46,845 nt of DNA, from the NCBI GenBank assembly GCA_035685585.1, contig DASSAH010000346.1, positions 1 through 46,845 of the forward strand. Direction: 5' to 3'. Positions 16,005 to 23,303 of this stretch are shown piece after piece. Under the pieces are notes generated by a model. The model worked only from the letters and a program-made list of their open reading frames with translations. It was not told the DNA's origin and ran no database searches. The stretch's first letter is position 1, and every line of letters begins with the position of its first letter. The stretch is from Coriobacteriia bacterium. GTDB taxonomy: Bacteria > Actinomycetota > Coriobacteriia > Anaerosomatales > SLCP01. A program made the position numbers and the translations under genes.

Positions 16005-16273
16005 GCTCTGACCTCCTCGAGCTGCGCCAGCCCGCACGCCATGCAACAGCCGGCGGCGTCGCGGACCAGCGGCGCGCGGCAGTGGTCGCAGGTCTGGCGG
16101 GCAGGCAGCCTGAAGTGCTTGTCGCGACAGGTTGTGCAGATCCCGTGCGTCACCAGTGGGCCGCCGGGCTTGCTCTCATAGACGTGCGGCGTCGGGGCGT
16201 CGTCGCTGCCGATCACGCTTTGGCACCACGCGCAAACACGGACCATCGGGGCGCTAACATGCACCTGGTTCAC
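16001..16273 (-). CDS. Cys-rich zinc-binding protein (90 aa)
   Basis: CAWC...CTTC...CDHC...CCMAC. GTG start preceded by GGAGGAG. Confidence 0.55.
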   Translation of the reverse strand: MNQVHVSAPMVRVCAWCQSVIGSDDAPTPHVYESKPGGPLVTHGICTTCRDKHFRLPARQTCDHCRAPLVRDAAGCCMACGLAQLEEVRA

Positions 16274-16288
16274 GGCGAACTCCTCCGG

Positions 16289-16951
16289 CTACTCGGGCAG
16301 CCGCTTGCGGTGAATGGCGGACCAGATTTCGATTGCCTGCTCGCGGGTCCAGGGCGGCCGGGAGCCCAGCCGTTCGCCCCAGCGCAGAAAGGTCATGCGC
16401 GAGGCGCCGAGGTATTTCTCCAGCGTCGCGGCGCTGACAGGGAAGGCGGAAGCGACCGAGACCATGAGCGTGTTGCGGCCGCGCTCGTAGGACACCGGCT
16501 GCAGGTAGCCGTGGTGGCCGCGGTAGGGCTGCGCGTGCGGCATGGTGGACTCGGGAAGGGATAGGAGGGCGGGAAGGCCCATGAAGGCGCGGGCCTCGGC
16601 GGGGGTTGCGATTCCAGCCTTGACGGCGCGCTCGCCAACGATCCAGCGGACGGCGAGCGGGTCTGTCGCGGGGGCGGGCTCGTCCAGCGTGATTGCGGGT
16701 TTGCGACGGGCGTTGTCGGCGAGCAGGTCGGCCAGCGTGTTGTTTCCGCCGGCGCGGATAATGGCGAGCGTTTCGGGGAGGTCGAGCATGGCGGGGCGTC
16801 CGTGGCCCGCCTCCGAGAGCTTGAGCGACGCTGACACGATTTCTGGGGCAGCTGACCCGGTAGCCGTGCCAGCCTTTATCCAGTCGCGGACCGTCTGTTC
16901 GCCTACCCCGCACAACTCCGCGATCTGCTTGATGGTCATGCTTTCAGCCAC
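16289..16951 (-). CDS. MerR/excisionase-type HTH DNA-binding protein
   Basis: MTIKQIAELCGVGEQTVRDWIKAG at the N-terminus, with a second HTH-like segment SAATLEKYLGASRMTFLRW. The start may instead be the ATG at 16939. Confidence 0.65.
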   Translation of the reverse strand: MAESMTIKQIAELCGVGEQTVRDWIKAGTATGSAAPEIVSASLKLSEAGHGRPAMLDLPETLAIIRAGGNNTLADLLADNARRKPAITLDEPAPATDPLAVRWIVGERAVKAGIATPAEARAFMGLPALLSLPESTMPHAQPYRGHHGYLQPVSYERGRNTLMVSVASAFPVSAATLEKYLGASRMTFLRWGERLGSRPPWTREQAIEIWSAIHRKRLPE

Positions 16952-17114
16952 GGGCGGCCTCGGTTTCCAGCATCGGGAGGCCCTTCAGGATCGCCTGCTC
17001 GATAGTCCTGTTCCGGCTCCAAACCTTCTCTATGGCGACCTGTTCAACGGCCTTCACGAGCTCGCCAGGAAGCCGAATCGAAAAGGTCGCATAGGCTGTT
17101 TCCGTCGTTTCCAT
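16944..17114 (-). CDS. Ribbon-helix-helix (Arc/CopG-type) regulator, 56 aa (below the ORF-track cutoff)
   Basis: Hand translation: METTETAYATFSIRLPGELVKAVEQVAIEKVWSRNRTIEQAILKGLPMLETEAARG. This is a beta-strand/helix/helix pattern. It is a paralogue of the N-terminus of 17223..17606 and the first gene of the leftward operon. Confidence 0.7.
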   Translation of the reverse strand: METTETAYATFSIRLPGELVKAVEQVAIEKVWSRNRTIEQAILKGLPMLETEAARG

Positions 17115-17120
17115 GCTGCC

Positions 17121-17149
17121 ACCTTACCATGTTTGAACATGTTTGTCAA
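17121..17149 (-). promoter_or_regulatory. Candidate leftward early promoter (-35 TTGACA, 17-nt spacer, -10 TAAGGT)
   Basis: The minus strand reads TTGACA-aacatgttcaaacatgg-TAAGGT-ggcagc-ATG. The transcript would be near-leaderless. Alternatively, AAGGTGG is the Shine-Dalgarno site and the promoter lies elsewhere. Confidence 0.45.
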
Positions 17150-17208
17150 CTCTCAAAAAAACATGTTCGCACCTTGACGCCGATAACAGAAGTGGTTAGA
17201 ATATGTTG
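17128..17208. promoter_or_regulatory. Operator-like CATGTT repeats in the divergent control region
   Basis: CATGTTTG at 17128 and 17138 (10-bp phasing, inside the leftward promoter spacer). The palindrome AACATGTT occurs within GAACATGTTT (17136-17145) and AAACATGTTC (17159-17168). TATGTTG at 17202-17208 follows the rightward -10. Confidence 0.55.
17174..17202 (+). promoter_or_regulatory. Candidate rightward promoter (-35 TTGACG, 17-nt spacer, -10 TAGAAT)
   Basis: TTGACG-ccgataacagaagtggt-TAGAAT, followed by GGAGGG and the ATG at 17223. Confidence 0.6.
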
Positions 17209-17222
17209 CGGAGGGTACAGGG

Positions 17223-17606
17223 ATGGCAGATTCGGATTACAAGAGCTTTTCTGTGAGGCTCCCGCTCTCGCTGCTCGACAAGGTCGGCAGGATCGCCGCG
17301 GGGCGCGAGTGGAGCAACAATAAGGTCATCATCAAGGCTATCGAGCGCGGCCTCCCGATCGTGGCCGAAGCTGATTTGAGTGGCCCGACGCCCCAGGGAC
17401 CACCGCCCGCGCCGGCGCGTCACCGGTCCCGAGCGCCCCGCATCGAGGGCGAGCAGCCGAGCCGCGGCTACAGCGGCACGCTGCCCTTTAAGTCGACTTC
17501 TGATTATACATTATACGAAGCTGGCGCCGACCCCTCCGCACAGATTGGAGAAATTGACCGCCTTATGGAAGAAATTGACCGTTGCGCCGACAGGGACGCC
17601 GCGTGA
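17223..17606 (+). CDS. Ribbon-helix-helix regulator with low-complexity C-terminal tail
   Basis: YKSFSVRLPLSLLDKVGRIAAGREWSNNKVIIKAIERGLPIV aligns residue-for-residue with the 16944..17114 product. SD GGAGGG. Confidence 0.7.
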   Translation: MADSDYKSFSVRLPLSLLDKVGRIAAGREWSNNKVIIKAIERGLPIVAEADLSGPTPQGPPPAPARHRSRAPRIEGEQPSRGYSGTLPFKSTSDYTLYEAGADPSAQIGEIDRLMEEIDRCADRDAA

Positions 17607-17634
17607 CAATGCCCTCCGAAATGGAGGCCCCGCC

Positions 17635-17931
17635 ATGCTCACGATTCACCCGGATATCGGTCTGCACCAACGACCGCGGCCACGGCTCGACAGTTCGCCG
17701 ATGCCGTTCTGCCACTGTACGACGCTCACAGCGATCACGTACCAGCCCGATCTACTGCCGATGCTGCGCTGTCTCGACTGCCCGCGCGTCTACGTCGCCG
17801 TGCCGCTCGACGACTGGAGGGCATTCATGCGGCGGGCGTACATCGACCATGTCAACCAGGTCCACCGCGCCCACGCGGCAGTCCGCCACTTTTGGACGAC
17901 TGCGGCAGAGCCGCATGCTAAACTGTCATAG
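17635..17931 (+). CDS. Hypothetical Cys/His-containing protein (98 aa)
   Basis: ATG at 17635 preceded by GGAGG. FCHC...CLDC. The upstream part of ORF 17380..17931 overlaps the RHH gene. Confidence 0.5.
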   Translation: MLTIHPDIGLHQRPRPRLDSSPMPFCHCTTLTAITYQPDLLPMLRCLDCPRVYVAVPLDDWRAFMRRAYIDHVNQVHRAHAAVRHFWTTAAEPHAKLS

Positions 17932-17941
17932 GAGGCCACGT

Positions 17942-19114
17942 ATGTACCGTATCGGTTCCCTTATCGCTTTCTGTACCATTCTGGTTCTCTTCGCAGCCTG
18001 CGACCCGGCCAGCGACGACGCCGGCCGTCCGGTGCGCGCCGCGGTGACAGACGCTACGGGCCTGTTTCTCCAGACCGCGGGCGCCGGGCGTTCCGCTCGC
18101 GCCGCGTCCCTGGTAGGCGGCGAGCTCGCGAAACTTGCGCCCGGCTACGTCGGCCCGGTCGAGTTTACCGACGCCGAGGGCAAGCCGGTCACGCTGCTCG
18201 TGTCTCAGGCGGCCGAGCTGCGCGCGGATCGCCTGCTCATCGTGCACGACCAGGGCGCAAGCCTCATCGACATGGGGACCGGCGCCATGCTCGACGTGCC
18301 CACGCCCGCGCGGCTGGACCTGGCGCGCACGACCGCCGATCACGTCTATTACGTCGCCGGCAACAGCCTGCACCGGGTCGCGCTTGAGGACGGGGCGGAT
18401 CTGCTCATGTCGGGCGACGCGGATATCCCCGGCCCGTCGCGGCTCTACGTCACGCCGTCGGGCGCCGTGTTCTCGGGGCATGCAACGTCGGTCCCGGCTG
18501 GCCGCCGCTACTGGGTCAGCTACCCGGACGCGACGCCCCCGCTTGACCTATCGAGTGACGGCAACGCAATCCTGTTTTTCGAGGGCCTGGCGGGGTTTGT
18601 GATCGAGCACGCCGGCACGCTCTACCAGATCCGCGACATGGGGATGCAGCTCGGCGCGACGGAGATCACACTCGACCCTGACGGCCCGCTCTATGTGTCG
18701 CCCGGGACCGAGGCCGTCTGCGACTCGGCAGGGCCGTACTACGCCTGGACGCGGCTCGCGGAAAACCTGTACACCGACGATGCGCATATCTACCGCTTCG
18801 CGGGCACCATAATCACCAGCTACCCGCAGACGGCCGAGGTATCAAGTGGCGCGTGGCTGCCGGACGCCAAGGTCGACGGTGATGCGCTATACATCGGGTG
18901 GGACGCGGGGGGCACGCTCAAGGTGCGGGCGCTGGACCTCGCGGCGGCCGGGGCGCAGACGGCGTTGCTCGACGAGCCCGCGGCATCGGACTACGCGGTT
19001 GTCGCCGGGAGCATCTTCTACGTCAAGGCGGACGGAACGTGGAGAAAGGACATCACGACGGGCACGGTCAGCAAGTACTCGGACACGCCGGCGGAGATCG
19101 AGGCGGTGCGGTAG
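17942..19114 (+). CDS. Predicted lipoprotein, repeat-rich (beta-propeller-like?) (390 aa)
   Basis: ATG at 17942 preceded by GGAGG. Signal peptide plus lipobox MYRIGSLIAFCTILVLFAAC. Recurrent ..YYV/LYV/FYV.. strands. The upstream 120 codons of ORF 17582..19114 are Arg/Ser/Thr-rich junk. Confidence 0.65.
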   Translation: MYRIGSLIAFCTILVLFAACDPASDDAGRPVRAAVTDATGLFLQTAGAGRSARAASLVGGELAKLAPGYVGPVEFTDAEGKPVTLLVSQAAELRADRLLIVHDQGASLIDMGTGAMLDVPTPARLDLARTTADHVYYVAGNSLHRVALEDGADLLMSGDADIPGPSRLYVTPSGAVFSGHATSVPAGRRYWVSYPDATPPLDLSSDGNAILFFEGLAGFVIEHAGTLYQIRDMGMQLGATEITLDPDGPLYVSPGTEAVCDSAGPYYAWTRLAENLYTDDAHIYRFAGTIITSYPQTAEVSSGAWLPDAKVDGDALYIGWDAGGTLKVRALDLAAAGAQTALLDEPAASDYAVVAGSIFYVKADGTWRKDITTGTVSKYSDTPAEIEAVR

Positions 19115-19188
19115 CTCTCGCGCCCCAGGGGCTCCCGCAACGCGAGGCGCCGCCGTCCCTGCGGGAAAAAGCAGTAAGGCGCAGGAGC

Positions 19189-19216
19189 AGGCCCCGGCAA
19201 GTGTCGGGGCCTTTTT
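19189..19216 (+). terminator. Rho-independent terminator between convergent genes
   Basis: AGGCCCCG-gcaagtgt-CGGGGCCT followed by TTTTT. Confidence 0.75.
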
Positions 19217-19217
19217 G

Positions 19218-19565
19218 TCAGCGGACACACGAGCAATTACTCCCCCACACCTCCCGCCCAGCAATCTCTGACCAGTGATTGTCGTGCGTCCTGCCGTGGT
19301 GCATCGTCCACGCGCCCAGCACCTGTTCATCAGACCAGTAGCGATCACCATCGTAGGCCCGGATCTCCCGAGCAAACTTTCCGCCCCTGCCAAGCCCAAG
19401 CATCGTTCGCCAGAAGCGAGCCTGCTTGAATCCGGGCCGACACGTCAAGATCATGTAGACGCCACTCTCGTAGGTAACGCGCTGGCCGAGCATCCGCAAG
19501 AGGCGGCCGTTCTCGAAATAGCCCTTGTCGGGCTCCACGTCGGCGCTGCATGGTATCTGTGTCAC
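19218..19565 (-). CDS. Hypothetical 115-aa protein (candidate toxin/effector partner of the upstream RHH)
   Basis: GTG start overlaps the RHH stop (GTGA). Lower GC than the genome average. No family recognised by eye. Confidence 0.55.
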   Translation of the reverse strand: MTQIPCSADVEPDKGYFENGRLLRMLGQRVTYESGVYMILTCRPGFKQARFWRTMLGLGRGGKFAREIRAYDGDRYWSDEQVLGAWTMHHGRTHDNHWSEIAGREVWGSNCSCVR

Positions 19566-19744
19566 GCCTCGGCCTCCTCGCCGCCAAACAGATTGACCGG
19601 CTTCGCCTCCAGTTCTCCGCGCTCGACGCGCGACATGATAGCCGACCGGCAGTAGGCGCTCAAGGCGATCCGCTCCTTTTTTGCGGCAGCCGCTACCCGG
19701 TCACGATCCTCTCCGCTCAGATAGACAAACAACTTTGCTACCAT
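19562..19744 (-). CDS. Ribbon-helix-helix (CopG/antitoxin-like) protein, 60 aa
   Basis: MVAKLFVYLSGEDRDRVAAAAKKERIALSAYCRSAIMSRV is a strand-helix-helix pattern. ATG at 19744 preceded by AAGGGG. Confidence 0.6.
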   Translation of the reverse strand: MVAKLFVYLSGEDRDRVAAAAKKERIALSAYCRSAIMSRVERGELEAKPVNLFGGEEAEA

Positions 19745-19797
19745 TACACACCCCTTTGGCGGCTCTCTACTACCACTATCGCATAACCGCCACAACC

Positions 19798-19826
19798 ATC
19801 ATACACCGGATGCGTCATGCTGTCAA
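19798..19826 (-). promoter_or_regulatory. Near-consensus sigma70-type promoter for the RHH/115-aa module
   Basis: The minus strand reads TTGACA-gcatgacgcatccggtg-TATGAT (17-nt spacer). The 5' UTR contains the inverted repeat TGGCGG...CCGCCA. Confidence 0.6.
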
Positions 19827-19829
19827 ATA

Positions 19830-20241
19830 AGTAGCGTTATGGTAGCGCGTGGGAGCGCCGAGACACCTATATCTACACCCCTGTCTGTGTAAGCCGTGTA
19901 GTTCTGTGCAGCCCCCGCGCGGCCCCACACTCTCACTAACTCCTTTTAATGTATGTATATATATAAGAGGGCGCATGTCCCATCACACTTACACACTTGC
20001 ACAGTACGTAACGTGCGTGTGCGCGCACGCGTGGACGTAGTTCGGCGTGTCATTTGTGCAAGCGACCACTCCTATAGGTGTGCTTGTGCGGCTGATTTGC
20101 TGTGTAGCTGTGCAGAATGCAACTCGCGTGCCAAAAGGTACTGTCCCGGCGCCGCTTTCTCCGAGGGTAGGCGTGTGCCGCTCGGCTGTCGCGCACTGAG
20201 GTTTGACAGTGTTAAGTTAACGGTGCTACAGTTAACGCATT
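19830..20241 (+). promoter_or_regulatory. Non-coding region upstream of terS; candidate cos/packaging-initiation region
   Basis: About 410 bp with no credible ORF, directly upstream of a Nu1-like terS (as in lambda). It contains an AT-rich tract (19945-19968), a 23-nt alternating purine-pyrimidine tract with the palindrome GTGCGCGCAC (20011-20033), repeats GTGTAG(TT)CTGTGCAG (19896-19911 and 20102-20115), repeats AGTTAACG (20215-20222 and 20230-20237), and TTGACA (20203) with TACAGT (20227). Confidence 0.45.
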
Positions 20242-20847
20242 ATGCCTCGCCTTACATCGGCCGCATTTGCGCGCGCGGCCAAGGTTTCCCGGGCCGCCGT
20301 CACCCAGGCTGTACGCCGCGGCCGTCTCGTCGTGGACGCTGGCCTGCTCGACACGGATCAGCCGCAAAATGCCGCCTACCTCGCCAGTTCCGGCGGCAAG
20401 CGAAAGCCGACGCGCGCGGCGACGGCCAGCAAGGATGCGCCGCCAGCGGCACCCTTCGGCTTTCACGGCCTCGATCCCGCCGACGCCGGAAAGGCGCTCG
20501 AAGCGCTCGTGGGCCTGATCGGCCCCAAGGAGCGCGCCGAGATCCGGCGGATCAACGCGCAGGCCCGGGCGACGGAGGCGAAACTCGCCCGCGAGGCCGG
20601 CCGCGTGATCGAGCGCTCGAAGGTGCAGGCAGCGCTCGGACGCCTCGGCGCCGCCTACCAGGACCGCCTGCTAACGCTCGGCACCCGGCTCGCGCCGAAA
20701 CTCGAGGCCGTGTTCGACACGGGCGGCCGTGCGCCGCAGATCCGTGCGGTGCTCGACGCAGAGCTGGCAGACGCAATCCGCGCGCTCAAGCAGGCCGCGG
20801 TTGCCGAGGGCTTGACCACCGAGCGCGCCATGGGGCAGACGGCGTGA
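20242..20847 (+). CDS. terS: Terminase small subunit (Nu1-like, N-terminal HTH)
   Basis: N-terminal HTH LTSAAFARAAKVSRAAVTQAVRRGRL and a coiled-coil middle domain. It sits immediately upstream of the gpA-like TerL, with a GTGA overlap. Confidence 0.8.
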   Translation: MPRLTSAAFARAAKVSRAAVTQAVRRGRLVVDAGLLDTDQPQNAAYLASSGGKRKPTRAATASKDAPPAAPFGFHGLDPADAGKALEALVGLIGPKERAEIRRINAQARATEAKLAREAGRVIERSKVQAALGRLGAAYQDRLLTLGTRLAPKLEAVFDTGGRAPQIRAVLDAELADAIRALKQAAVAEGLTTERAMGQTA

Positions 20848-22838
20848 CTGCAGCGCTCGCGGAGCTCGCTGATCAGGAAGCGCTATACGAGGACGTGTTC
20901 GGCCCCGAGCGCGCCCGCATGGACCTCGAGCTCGCAGAGGACATCGCGGCGCTGCTGCCCGAGCGGATCCCGGACCTGCTCGTCTCCGACTGGGCGGCCG
21001 AGCACAGGATCCTCCGCTCGGGCGTGACGCCGCTCCCTGGACCCTACCGCTGGGAGGTAACGCCGTACCTGCGCGAGATCGCCGACTGCTTGAGCGCGAC
21101 GAGTCCTGTGCAGACCGTCGTCGTGATGAAGGGATCGCGAATCGGCGCCACGGTCGGGATCGCCGAAAACTGGTTCGGCTACATCATCGACGTGGCCCCA
21201 GGACCGACGCTGTTTATGAGCGCCGACAAGGAGATGGCGCAGAGCGTCCTCGAGACGCGCGTTGACGCTATGATCGAGAGCGCCGGCCTTGCGCACAAAA
21301 TCAGCGCGCAGAGCATCAAGGCGCACGGGAAGAAAACCGGCGACACGAAGGCGCGCAAGGACTTCCCGGGCGGCTTCCTCATGGCGGTCGGCCCCCGCGT
21401 CTCGGCGAAACTGCGGACGTATGGTATCCGGTATTTCTACGGCGACGAGATCGACGACATGCCGGCCGAGGTCGGCAAGCAGGGCGACCCGCTGACGCTC
21501 GGCATCAAGCGAACGTCCGACTATGAGCTGACGCGCAAGATCCTGCTGACCAGCTCCCCCACTCTCGCCGAAACGTCCCGCGTCGCCCCAGCGTTCCGCC
21601 GCGGCGACCAGCGCTACTACTACGTGCCATGCAAGCACTGCGGGCACATGCAGCCGCTTCGCTGGCGCTACGAGCGGGACGGCGAGACGGTCTACGCCCT
21701 CAAGTTTGAGCGCGACGAAATGGGGCGCCTGATCCGCGAGAGCGTGCACTACGAATGCGAGAAGTGCGGCGGCGCCTGGACGAATGCCGACAAATCTTGG
21801 TTTCTCCCGCGCGGCGAGTGGCGCGCGACTGCCGAGGCCGAGGAGCCCAATTACCGCAGTTACCACGTCTCGGCGCTTTACAGCCCGATCGGCATGATGA
21901 GCTGGGAGGCGATCTGCCGCGAGTGGATCACGGCCGGGCACGACCCGCTGAAAGAGCAGGCGTTCGTCAACACCGTCCTGGGCGAGACGTGGGAGCAGCG
22001 CGGAGTGTCGATCCGGCCCGAAATCATCGAGGCGCGCAAGGAGGGCTACGAGCGCGGGACGCTACCGAAAGACGCGCGCCCGCTGCTCGTCACGCTTGGC
22101 GTTGACGTGCAGGCCGACCGCATCGAGGCGGAGATCGTGGCCTGGGGCCGGGATTTTGAGAGCTGGAGTCTCGACCACCGCGCGTTTCCCGGCGACACGC
22201 TCGACGGCGATTCGGTCGCGTGGAAAGCGCTCGCGGGTCTGCTCGCCGAGGAGCGCAAGCGGGGGATGCCGCGATTCGCGCTGGTCAACTCAGGCTACAA
22301 CACGCCGACGGTCTACGGATTTTGCGAGCGGCAAAACGGCGTGATGGCGGTCGCGGGCAACGTGCGCCTGCGCCGCGGCGTGCACGAGGCCGCCGCCGTC
22401 GAGGAGGCGGGCCAGGGTCCGCGCCTGTTCTATCGGGTCAACAACCTGCCTGGCTACACGTCGCAACGCGCGGACATCGACACGGACCATTTCAAGACGC
22501 TGCTGCGCCGATACCTCGCGATCGGCAAGCCGAGCGACCAGTGGACCGGCCCACTCCCCGGCTTCTGCCACTGGCCTGTCGACTACGGCGCCGAGTTTTT
22601 CCGCCAGCTCGCCGCAGAGGAGCTTGTGAGCATCAAGCTCGCCAACGGCCGCGTTACCCGCGGCTGGCGCAAGATCAAGGGCCGCCGCAACGAGGCGCTC
22701 GACTGTCGCGTCTACGCTCTCGCCGCCGTCCACGTCCTGCACGGCCTGCTCGCCGAAGAGGCGCGCAAAAAGCAGATCCCGATCTACCCCTGGTCCCGCT
22801 TTTGGGATGAGCTCTCGGGATTACGCACACCGATTTGA
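20844..22838 (+). CDS. terL: Terminase large subunit (lambda gpA family)
   Basis: GTG at 20844 overlaps the terS stop. VVVMKGSRIGATVG (Walker A-like), FYGDEIDD, and the zinc-finger-like YYVPCKHCGH...YECEKCG typical of gpA-type terminases. The 297 upstream codons of ORF 19953..22838 are rejected. Confidence 0.9.
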   Translation: MTAALAELADQEALYEDVFGPERARMDLELAEDIAALLPERIPDLLVSDWAAEHRILRSGVTPLPGPYRWEVTPYLREIADCLSATSPVQTVVVMKGSRIGATVGIAENWFGYIIDVAPGPTLFMSADKEMAQSVLETRVDAMIESAGLAHKISAQSIKAHGKKTGDTKARKDFPGGFLMAVGPRVSAKLRTYGIRYFYGDEIDDMPAEVGKQGDPLTLGIKRTSDYELTRKILLTSSPTLAETSRVAPAFRRGDQRYYYVPCKHCGHMQPLRWRYERDGETVYALKFERDEMGRLIRESVHYECEKCGGAWTNADKSWFLPRGEWRATAEAEEPNYRSYHVSALYSPIGMMSWEAICREWITAGHDPLKEQAFVNTVLGETWEQRGVSIRPEIIEARKEGYERGTLPKDARPLLVTLGVDVQADRIEAEIVAWGRDFESWSLDHRAFPGDTLDGDSVAWKALAGLLAEERKRGMPRFALVNSGYNTPTVYGFCERQNGVMAVAGNVRLRRGVHEAAAVEEAGQGPRLFYRVNNLPGYTSQRADIDTDHFKTLLRRYLAIGKPSDQWTGPLPGFCHWPVDYGAEFFRQLAAEELVSIKLANGRVTRGWRKIKGRRNEALDCRVYALAAVHVLHGLLAEEARKKQIPIYPWSRFWDELSGLRTPI

Positions 22839-22864
22839 CAGAACAGCGAAAACCGTAGTAGACT
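22835..22864 (+). promoter_or_regulatory. Promoter-like element overlapping the terL stop (-35 TTGACA, 18 nt, -10 TAGACT)
   Basis: TTGACA-gaacagcgaaaaccgtag-TAGACT, read directly. Function untested. Confidence 0.3.
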
Positions 22865-22924
22865 GTCCGTAGATGCAGGGCAACGCGACCGATAGGCCGC
22901 GCCTCCTGCGTCCGGACAACCCGG

Positions 22925-22954
22925 GCGAGCGTGCATGTAAGGCCGCTCGCTTTT
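22925..22954 (+). terminator. Hairpin plus T-run (terminator/attenuator-like) in the terL-gpW gap
   Basis: GCGAGCG-(12 nt)-CGCTCGC followed by TTTT. Confidence 0.4.
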
Positions 22955-23009
22955 GGTGTCTCCTCCACGTCGAACTCCCCTTTTTTGACGCGCTGCGGTT
23001 CTCGGTCCC

Positions 23010-23042
23010 GCCCCGGTCTCGCTCAGGCCGGGGCCTCTTTTT
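23010..23042 (+). terminator. Hairpin plus T-run (terminator/attenuator-like) just upstream of the gpW-like gene
   Basis: GCCCCGG-(11 nt)-CCGGGGC followed by CTCTTTTT. Confidence 0.45.
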
Positions 23043-23057
23043 GTCCGGGGGCTGCGC

Positions 23058-23303
23058 ATGAGCCTCCGCACGTCGAACGAGATACAGGCCGACCTGGTCG
23101 CCGCGCGCGCCGCTCGGCTCAAGGCGCTCACGGCGCAACAGTACAACATAAACACCGGGCAGACCTCGCACGGTGTCATGCGGCCCTACCTCAACCTCAT
23201 CAACGAGACAATCCACGACCTCGAGAGCGAGCTTGACGAGGCTCTCGCGCGGGAGCGCGGCGATACCGGCGTCATCCACCTGCAGCTACGGAGGGGCGGA
23301 TGA
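23058..23303 (+). CDS. Head-tail joining protein (lambda gpW-like)
   Basis: 81 aa, positioned between terL and the portal gene as in lambda. The pattern ..DLVAARAARLKAL....I.DLESEL resembles gpW. Confidence 0.6.
   Translation: MSLRTSNEIQADLVAARAARLKALTAQQYNINTGQTSHGVMRPYLNLINETIHDLESELDEALARERGDTGVIHLQLRRGG

Noticed and set aside
19945-19968. AT-rich (TA)n tract as a replication origin
   Set aside because: There are no iterons, DnaA boxes or adjacent initiator gene. Its position upstream of terS fits a bending or cos-associated element better, and the evidence is insufficient either way.
19953-20843. 297-codon N-terminal extension of the terminase large-subunit ORF (961-aa version)
   Set aside because: The extension starts in AT-rich non-coding DNA, is Arg/Pro/Ala-rich, and overlaps the well-supported terS gene in another frame. 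The gpA-like sequence begins at the GTG at 20844, which overlaps the terS stop.
22873-23061. 62-aa ORF in the terL-gpW gap as a protein-coding gene
   Set aside because: It has no ribosome-binding site, it reads through two hairpin/T-run elements, and its composition looks non-coding. The gap is treated as regulatory or RNA instead.
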